The translations under genes were made by a program, and so were the position numbers. DNA of 64,000 nucleotides from Williopsis jadinii. Its lineage: Eukaryota. This document shows positions 55,482 to 64,000 of this stretch, piece by piece (the first letter of the stretch is position 1; each line of letters starts with the position of its first letter). Under the pieces are notes generated by a model, which saw only the letters and a list, made by a program, of their open reading frames with translations, had not been told where the DNA came from and did not search any database. The DNA lies in NCBI GenBank assembly GCA_024346625.1, contig AP024667.1, forward strand, positions 1,054,001 to 1,118,000, read 5' to 3'.

Positions 55482-55925
55482 ATGAGATTCCGTTTCAAAG
55501 ACGAGCACTCATTCGGTAAGTCTTGCTTTATCATAGGTTGTCGATCTTGTTAACTAACAGCACCCCGTTCAGAGTCTAGAAAGGCCGAGTCTCAGAAGAT
55601 CAGTTCCAAGTTCACAAACCGTATACCAATTGTGTGTGAGCGTGCGGAGAAGTCCAACTTGCCAGAGATCGACAAGAACAAGTACCTTGTTCCGTATGAC
55701 TTGACCATCGGACAGTTTGTGTACGTTATCAGAAGAAGGATCGACGTGCCAGCAGAGAGGGCTATCTTCATCTTTGTGAATGATATATTACCACCAACGG
55801 CTGCAACATTGAGTTCTGTCTACGAGGAACATAAAGATGAGGACGGGTTCTTGTACATCTTGTACTCTAGTGAGAACACCTTTGGTGATTTGGAGAAGAT
55901 CCCAGGTGTGGTGAAGTTGGACTGA
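55482..55925 (+). CDS. ATG8: Ubiquitin-like autophagy protein Atg8; exon1 55482-55515, intron 55516-55572, exon2 55573-55925 (128 aa)
   Basis: ATG AGA TTC...TTC G|GTAAGT...ACTAAC...TTCAG|AG TCT gives [21 protein letters not shown]...RIPIVCER...KYLVP..DLTIGQF...ENTFG. Confidence 0.95.
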
Positions 55926-58534
55926 TTGGTTTGGTCGAGAAGAGATGAGGAGGGTGAACAAACACAGACAACACAGGAAACGAACAAATAGCACACTCAC
56001 TCATCCTCAGATCTCAACACTACAGTGAATTCTTACCTGTAACCAGTCCAATTTTTCCTTAGTATACTCTTCCTCCTTTTTCCCTACTCTAATGTTCACT
56101 TCTCCATGTCATTTCATGACATCTGTAAAGCGCATTGGCCCTTCCTTCGTGGATGTACTTTGACGATACCAATGCTGCAGTTTATATCACACAACTATCA
56201 CTATAACAATTATATTATTAAGGCTGTTGATTGACCGTGCATGGTACTGTAGATTACTAGTCCTGTTATCGAAATACGTCATTAACTAAAGTTGTGTTCT
56301 AGACAACCTGGACACGGTATCGAACACTGCTTCGTAATATCTAAACAACAGCCCAAATGTCTCATCCAGCAGGGCTTTAGACAAGGTGCATTACCGTTCA
56401 TATCTCTTGCCAAAGCAGTTTTTGCCATTCCCGATCATTAAATAATGAACATTGGTGACAAGCAGTTTGCCATATGGCCAGCTCAATGATGACGTAAATG
56501 CACTGAGGCCCAGGAACACGGCCCAAAAGCCTAGGAGGGATAACCATCTGATCTCCAATGACATTTCAAAGTTCAGAGGCCTTTGTCCTTGTTAACGATC
56601 CTAGAATGGGTTGTTATTGCTTCCAATAGTAAAGTTTCCACTATTGTAACTCCAATGTACTTAGGGAATACTGGCGAAGAGAGGAGTGTATAAAGTACTA
56701 CAAGAGAAAATGATGCGTTCTGAAGGTCTCAAAATGACCAATGTCCAATGTCCAATGGTCAATGCTGATCGTTTTTCGCCATTTCCTCGATCTGATGAGG
56801 TCAGGCGAAATCTCATTAAATTCACAATATGTCCAACAACGTCCATGATCAATTATTTAAGTTTGTCGCCTTTGGTCGTAGTCATTGGACCACTGTTCAG
56901 ATCATCAACGAGCTGCTCGGTAAACTTATCCATTTGTAGAAAAAGACTTTACAGAGTTCAATTGTGTTGCATATCATGGATTATTCAAACTGACATAAAA
57001 CGATAGAACCTACCAAGTCGACACGCCCCGATCTTTTCAAGGTGAAACACTTTTGCAGTTTGAAAAACATTGGCTATATTTGCAGTATTCTTAAAGCAAA
57101 GTTTGACAGTATCGCATAAGTTCGTCGACTTGTGTCGTGTAATGTGTAAGGTAAAGATATTTTGCCGACTAAGTACAGTACTATACAGTTGACATCGGAG
57201 AAACCCCACATTTTTACAAGTGCTTGGCACTGTGGAGGCTGACTAGCCTCAATATTGAATGATTCGGTGTCCTGGTTCCCAGCTTTGCATATACCGTCTA
57301 ACACGGCGTTTAGTCACCACGGGTCAGACCATTGGAGAACACCAGACAGGAAAAAATGACATAGTGTGCTGCCCAGTTGAGTGGACTGTTTACTGGGTTG
57401 GGAAGCTTATGAGATTGACTGAAAATAGTCGTGCTAGTTTTGTGAGACCTGTACGGAAACGAAAAAGGACCCGCACACCAAGACTATACGTGTCTGATCA
57501 TTACTATTGACTCCGGATCATTACATATTCCCTTTTGATCAAGCGGCAGATGAAATACGTCTGTCCATTGAAATATACGCGTCATGAGGTTTCAAAGTGT
57601 CGAAAGTCCTGAGATTAACCATGGTGATGCTGGGACAACGCCTGATATCCTTCCCGTACTTTCGTTAACAAGTTGCTTTGAACAAAGAACTCCTTGTATA
57701 TGACGAAATGTACGCTGCCAAATGGATACCACGAAATGTGATATACATAGAAATGAATGTAAAGCTTCTTATGGCCTAAATACTGCTCCCCAAGACAGAC
57801 TACTAGTCGGACTCCAGACTCCAGACTCGGTAGCGCTGTGTACCGCTTCCAAAAGCACCCCACGGAACGCCGACGTCCTTAACGCACAGTGTCCCATCCA
57901 TAGCCGATACATGTCTTAAAAATAACTAATGTGCCTATCGTCAATGGTCGTTGGGACAATTTGAAACGCCGGACAAGAGTCCCAAGGCCCCACCCGGATC
58001 AACCCACTGTCTCCTATACGCTGTAAATCTACTCTGCTCAGTTAAAGTTCCAAGCACAACAACCAAGCGGCATCACCATCGGGTAATATTTCCGAAAGAA
58101 TTCCCCAAGACTTTGGAAATTATGCGTTGCGGACTAATTTGATGCATGGCGAATGGGGGAGGATCTGCGCTCGAGTAGGCCCTTACAGTTTCACATCACC
58201 TCAAATGTCTGGCTCGAGTGGAGGAGTATACATGTTCATCATTTTACACCAAACGAGTCAAGCAGAATAAGGTAGAAATACGCATCTTTCACCTTTGCAC
58301 ACCTCTTTTTTGTTGGGATGTTATAGAGTTAACCCTTAAGCAACTGTAGGCTTTGAGGCACGCCGACCTATTACGACGCTTCTTGAAAACATGCCGTCCT
58401 GTACTCACTTGTGGTTGATGATGCCATTAGAAACAGACCTGGCACGCTGTGATCCCTTCTGTATATAAACAGAGACTTATAACCAGGTGTTTTGGGAATT
58501 ATTGAGCTATGTTCTCCATTATCGCCTATATCAC

Positions 58535-60121
58535 ATGAGAAGCATGGAGATCAAAGACAAACCTGAGGACATCCACATTGAGTCCATCGAAAATGTGTCG
58601 TCAACCCGATCAAGAGATGAGATCAAGCTGAGCGACACAAGCGAGGAAGTGGAAAATGTTGCAGGCAGTGAACAATTACAACAAGAGTTGGAGATTCCTG
58701 ACTCGTTGAAGCATATGTCATCTGAAGAGCTCGCAGCGTTTGACAAAAAGGTCACAAGAAAGATCGATCTCAGAATCCTTCCAGCATTGGTGTGGATTTA
58801 TATTTTGAATTACTTGGACAGAAACAATATTGCCTCTTCACGTCTTGGTGGACTGGAAGAGGATCTTGGACTCGTCGGTAACCAATATCAAACCTGTATC
58901 TCTATTTTGTATGTGGGTTACATCCTAATGCAAATTCCCTCAAACATGATTGTCAACAAGCTAAAAAGACCATCCTTGTTCATCACAATTATCATGTTCT
59001 CATGGGCCATTATTTCCACTTGCTGCGGTGCTGTCCAGAACTATGCAGGGCTTGTTGTCGTTCGTCTTATCCTCGGTTTTGTTGAAGCTGGTTTCTTTGG
59101 CTCTGCGTTGTATTATTTGTCTTGCTGGTATACAAGAAAGGATCTCTCCTTCAGAAATGCAGTCCTTTATTCTGGATCACTGTTCTCTGGTGCACTATCG
59201 GGTTTGATAGCTGCAGGAATCATTGACAATATGGATGGAGCCAGAGGATTAAGATCTTGGAGATGGCTGTTCATCATCGAAGGTGCCATTACCATTTTTA
59301 CAGTGCCATTCACGTACTTTATCCTTCCAGATATGCCACACAACTCCAAGTTCCTGACAGAACAGGAAAGGGACCTGGTCTTATGGAAACTGAGAAAAGA
59401 GGTTGGACAAGATGATTCAGATCAACTGAACGAAGAGTCGTATTGGACAACTTTCTTACTAGCTATTAAAGACATCAAGGTTTGGTCAATTACTGGTATC
59501 CTGTCATTCCTAGTTGCTGCTTGTGGTGTCACAAATTTTTTCCCAACAGTTGTTGAAACCTTGAACTTTGACAGAATCACCACACTTGGTCTTACTGTTC
59601 CACCGTATATTCTTGCCGTTATTGCAACCTTCATTTGGGCAAGACATGCAGACAAAACAGGCGAGAGATTCCTTCATGTGACAATTCCTTTGGTTCTTTC
59701 CATGATTTCTTTCATCATCGCAGTTGCCACGATGAACACGGGTGCGCGTTACTTTTCAATGTGTTTGATGATCCCATCGTTGTACTGCTCATATACTACG
59801 ATCCTATCCTGGATGTCCAACAGTGTTCCCCGTCCACCGCTGAAGAGAGCCATTGCGCTTTCCTTGATGAACTGTTTGTCCAATTCAACCTCCATCTGGA
59901 ACTCCTATCTCTATCCTACGAGTTCTGCGCCTAGATTCCTTACAGCTTTCATTTGTAACATTGTCTTTGTCCTTTGCTCAATAATCATCACAGTGATTCT
60001 TAGACTGAGACTTCGTGTGCTGAACAAGAGAATCGAGAACGGAACAATGAACTGGGAGAAAGAGCTTGGGCGTGGGAATGACGGCTCAAAGGTGAACTCT
60101 GACTTCCGGTTCTTGATCTAG
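58535..60121 (+). CDS. MFS transporter, anion:cation symporter (Dal5/Tna1) family
   Basis: RKIDLRILP, NYLDRNNI, R.ILGFVEAGFF, LSCWYTRKDLSFR and WRWLFIIEG motifs with about 12 hydrophobic segments. Start is ATG 58535 or 58544. Confidence 0.9.
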   Translation: MRSMEIKDKPEDIHIESIENVSSTRSRDEIKLSDTSEEVENVAGSEQLQQELEIPDSLKHMSSEELAAFDKKVTRKIDLRILPALVWIYILNYLDRNNIASSRLGGLEEDLGLVGNQYQTCISILYVGYILMQIPSNMIVNKLKRPSLFITIIMFSWAIISTCCGAVQNYAGLVVVRLILGFVEAGFFGSALYYLSCWYTRKDLSFRNAVLYSGSLFSGALSGLIAAGIIDNMDGARGLRSWRWLFIIEGAITIFTVPFTYFILPDMPHNSKFLTEQERDLVLWKLRKEVGQDDSDQLNEESYWTTFLLAIKDIKVWSITGILSFLVAACGVTNFFPTVVETLNFDRITTLGLTVPPYILAVIATFIWARHADKTGERFLHVTIPLVLSMISFIIAVATMNTGARYFSMCLMIPSLYCSYTTILSWMSNSVPRPPLKRAIALSLMNCLSNSTSIWNSYLYPTSSAPRFLTAFICNIVFVLCSIIITVILRLRLRVLNKRIENGTMNWEKELGRGNDGSKVNSDFRFLI

Positions 60122-62941
60122 GAGATATAAGCTACACTAACAGAATATAAAAGTGATCACGATTTGTAAAGATATCTCTCATTCTCATGCAAGCGACTAA
60201 GAAACCGAGTAGTCAGCATTGTAACTTCCTTGATGTAAAGAGACGCACTCTTCTCCATTAAGAAAAGAACTTTATCCTGGTTTCCAAAGTCTGCTACGTG
60301 AAGATGGCCAAGCTTGGCCGTTGTGTGTGGTCTAACCTGGTAATTAATCCATATGGCAAAGTCCATATTCGATTTCACAGGGTAGATGTCTTAGCGCTTG
60401 CATCTTTAGCCGAACTCTGATCCTGAGAGGCATCCCCAGGTTAATCCGAAGTGGGCCTAAACGCTTGTTTTGTGCGGGGTCCCAAAGATTTTCGTGTCCA
60501 ATATTGGAGAGACTTTTGCAAAACACAAGCCTTTTAAACGATATAGGATGGGCCATCTGGGCTGAACAAGGATGGTCGAATGCTCTAGAATGGAGGCTGT
60601 AATCCTCTGTGGTTCTGATTCTGTCTCTTGTCATGGGTTATAAGTTATGGTTGATGCACCCACGTTAGACAGGCCACAGGTATTACACGTCCCTGCGGTA
60701 TTATGGCAAGATGTCAGTACACATTTATTGAGTTCCAATGTTATTTAATAGTTTAAATCGATGTAACGTCTATAGAACATGTCCAACCCTCTCGTACTCT
60801 AACACCCTTTGTAGCTAATGGACAGCAATTACGACATTTGTAGCTTCAATGTCAATTTTGTATACTTTAAGAAATTGACAATCTCGAAAGCCCATGACGT
60901 AATGCCGCTTTTTTGTCCTAGAGGGGATTACGGTGTAATAAGCAGAATGGGACAAGACGCCCAATTTGAATACACACTACTCAAACACAAAGAAGAAGAA
61001 AGACTAGGACACCACCGACCACCACTCCAAATAGTCTTGGGCTGCAATCTGGTCGTCACGGATTACTATTTACGGGGCTGCCATTTTGGAACATGTGGCG
61101 TTTGTCTTAGGGGTTCTGGGCGCTTACGCGCCTTCCAAGTCACCGCTGCTGCTCAACAATGGCACACGTGACAGAGACCCTGGCTGTTGAGTCGTTGAGC
61201 AAATGGTCTACGCGCTGACGACGAAGCCAACTCGCTACAGTACATACTAAGATAATCGAGGTCCAAGGCCATGATCAGGGGACATGTATGTTTAAAGGGT
61301 CTCAGAGGCATACGCTCTCACCAATCCATGGTGTAAAATTAAACCCCAACAGACAACTGGTCTCCCCGTCTAGCGTCTCCACCCTAACAATGCATCCGCC
61401 TGTTCTGGGCAGAGTGAGGTACTTACAAGCACGTTGGGGAAGCACATGCCCGTCGAGATTGTTCAATTGGCCACCGTATATATCACAATACGGTGTGAAC
61501 ACATGGGGTGGTGGCTATTATATTGCTGTTTGACGGCGATTGAACCACACATGGGCCATTGAAGAAGATGAAAAAACACCTGACGTTCTAGAAGTTTCGA
61601 GACAGCCTGCACGAAGCTTAGCGTTATCTATCGCTATCTCTACACATATTCAGGTTCGACAGTACTAATCTGATCATTATTCAAGACAGATAAATCCCAG
61701 AGGGGTTTCGTTATACTAAATGCGGTGAATAACTCCCTAGTGATACACACTTCGAGGGGGAACACAGCGTCGTACTCATTAGAGGGACATTGGAGGTTGC
61801 TTACCAGTACTGTTGGGGGATGTCGGCCGTCTACAGGAACGATGTACATGCATAGATGAGAAATGTCCGTGGTCATGACTCCCGAAGTTTCAAGATGATC
61901 GGCCTTGAGTGACAACACAATCCCAGGCAAATGTATGGTGCAACCGTGCCGCGAGTTGGTGAGACCCCTTTGCGGCGTATGTGAAGTGGTCGAGTCGTCA
62001 ACTATTGAAGCCCCTCCTCCAAGAGACTAACACGGCAGCCAGCTGTTCCATGTGCTAGCTTAGACGGAATTCGGCACGCTTGCGGACGGGCGCGGCACCG
62101 CACTCCATAGTCATATTAATCAGAATGATTATTGTCTGGCGGTAAAGTCTGATCACAGAGATGATTATGACGGACCGCAACAGCTTGCTTTCCGCTTGCT
62201 TTCAGCTGAGTCCTGACACAAAAAAAGGCACACAGCAACATGACACAAAACTCATTGAGACCAACCACTATCGTATATTATGTCAAGTGTTGTAGGTCGG
62301 AAATGACAACGTAATTCCACTTATTTGTCATTGGACATATGCTTCGCCCTTCATAGAATCCCCGGTTGTAGGTTCCCAACAATAATGAGGAACAGACATG
62401 GACATCTTCCGCGTGAAACTCAAATTTGTCCAAAGAAAGGGCAGCAAAAGGAGAAATATCAGCTGGAGCATGGGGACAACTAAAAAGAAATTCCCCAAAC
62501 CTAAACACTACGGAGAGAAAAAAACGTTTTTAAGAGCAGAGGGAGGAGAGAAGGACAGGGAAAAAAATAGGGACAAACTGTATTTCTCCCATTTGATCAA
62601 CATTTTCTAAGGAAAACATCTCTGAAACATCCGGGTTTGAAATCAACGGACTCAGGGTTAGCGACGTAGAAGAGACAACTGTGATCATTATCCTCAAGCC
62701 TTTCTGATTGTCTGGTCCTAATAGTGATTTTCGGTACTTCTTTGGCCAGCACTGAGATCATAGTTTATCCGTGAAGAAGCCTTTCGTGTCGTTCGAATTT
62801 GCAGCACCTGACTATTCAAAGCAGGGAGAGAAAAAAACACAGAGGACAGACAAATCCATCCGCAGTAACCGCATCAAAACCAGTCGAATTGATCCCAAGG
62901 AGACTAGGACATAGCAATTTGGGTACAAGACTTAAAGGACA

Positions 62942-64000
62942 ATGCCAGCAGCAACAGCAGCAGACGTGAAGAGGAGCAACAGCGAGAAGAAGTCCAAGAA
63001 CCCATTCACGCTCATCCGCTCTTTCTCTCATCACACGCGGACTAGGGCCAACAGCAATGGCAGGACAGGCCAACCGTTGTCGCCGCCCGTGAGAAGGTCG
63101 ACGTCGAGCGCACGCATGCCAGACCTCTCGCACAACCACAACCCGTTTACTCAAGGTGTCAAGGAGACATTTGACGTTTTAGGAACAGGAGCGGACATTT
63201 CAGGCCCAAGGGTCCCACGCACATCAAATCACCATGTGCTGCCCACTTTGTCGACGTCGGGACTGCCCAAGCTGCCAATGGCCGGCTACCCAGCATCAAC
63301 GTCATCGTCGTTCCAGCTATCGTCGTCGAGAACCCCCTCTGCCATGAGCACTGCAACTCAAAACGGGTCCGCAAGTGGTGCCGGAGGCTCATCCTTCCTG
63401 AACAATGAGACATACGTGCTACCGTTCCCATTGGCCGAGCCCAATTCGTACTTGCCGGCAGATATCCACCAGAGCACGGAGACGGTCAATTCGCTGTTCT
63501 TTGTCAACGACCAGAGCAAGCTGAAGAAGTTGGGGTCTGGTGGTGGTGCCATGGTGTTTGGCGCCCAGCAGAAGGCCACACACAAGTGGTTTGCGATTAA
63601 AAAGCTCTATTTGCTGAAGCATGAGACTCCAGACCATTTCTACCATCGCGCAGCCCGAGAGTTTATTATCGGACAGGGACTAAGCGGACACAGACATATC
63701 ATTGGGACTTATGCACTATTGAAAGTCCAGACATATACAACGATCCAGCGTGGATGGGCGATCTGCCTGGAGTTTTGCAAGCACGGCGATCTGTATGACT
63801 TCATAAAGACCAACCATTACAAGAGCAGTGGCTTGAACGAGAAGTTCTGTTTCTTCAAGCAGATAGCGTACGGGTTGAAGTTTATGCAAGACTGTGGTAT
63901 TTCACATCGTGATATGAAGCCCGAGAACATTTTGATTGATCAAGATGCTTGTCTGAAGATCACCGATTTTGGTATTGCTGACTACGCCCACGAGGATCCG
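62942..64000 (+). CDS. PTK2: Npr1/Hal5-family Ser/Thr kinase, Ptk1/Ptk2 type (3' truncated; absent from the ORF track)
   Basis: Open frame from ATG 62942 (MPAATAADVKRSNS) to the window end, with LGSGGGAMV, AIKKL..ETPDHFYHRAAREFII, LLKVPT..RGW, HRDMKPENIL and KITDFGI. Confidence 0.85.
   Translation, partial: MPAATAADVKRSNSEKKSKNPFTLIRSFSHHTRTRANSNGRTGQPLSPPVRRSTSSARMPDLSHNHNPFTQGVKETFDVLGTGADISGPRVPRTSNHHVLPTLSTSGLPKLPMAGYPASTSSSFQLSSSRTPSAMSTATQNGSASGAGGSSFLNNETYVLPFPLAEPNSYLPADIHQSTETVNSLFFVNDQSKLKKLGSGGGAMVFGAQQKATHKWFAIKKLYLLKHETPDHFYHRAAREFIIGQGLSGHRHIIGTYALLKVQTYTTIQRGWAICLEFCKHGDLYDFIKTNHYKSSGLNEKFCFFKQIAYGLKFMQDCGISHRDMKPENILIDQDACLKITDFGIADYAHEDP

Noticed and set aside
1..64000. tRNA, rRNA or snoRNA genes
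   Set aside because: None recognised by eye. tRNAscan-SE and Infernal would be needed to exclude them.

Overview
Eukaryotic DNA from a budding yeast (Saccharomycotina): standard nuclear code (CTG=Leu at conserved sites), compact genes and a few short GT-AG introns with (T/G)CTAAC branch points. The left part (1-26 kb) holds housekeeping genes (EBP2 3' end, AYR1-like SDR, TCO89-like, VPS45, CTI6, SAM3/MMP1-type permease, ERG25, PEX2, a 2OG-Fe(II) oxygenase, CFD1, SPC105) interspersed with three GPI cell-wall/adhesin genes. The middle (about 26-54 kb) is a gene-poor accessory island. It contains a decayed Ser/Thr-rich gene with a 197-bp tandem array, two oppositely oriented Helitron-like relics, two tandem MNN2/MNN5-family mannosyltransferases separated by a hAT transposase relic, an adhesin pseudogene, and a 1673-aa adhesin with seven 136-aa repeats. 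The right end has ATG8 (two introns), a DAL5/TNA1-family MFS permease and the 5' part of a PTK1/PTK2 kinase. The most notable observations are: (1) Helitron-like relics with shared ends and a terminal stem-loop; (2) an ERG25 intron with two in-frame 5' splice sites, one buried in a perfect palindrome; (3) an unnamed ~130-aa extracellular domain present about 10 times in three loci, with a Kex2-type KR site inside the stalk-proximal copy. All calls come from reading the sequence by eye; no searches were run.
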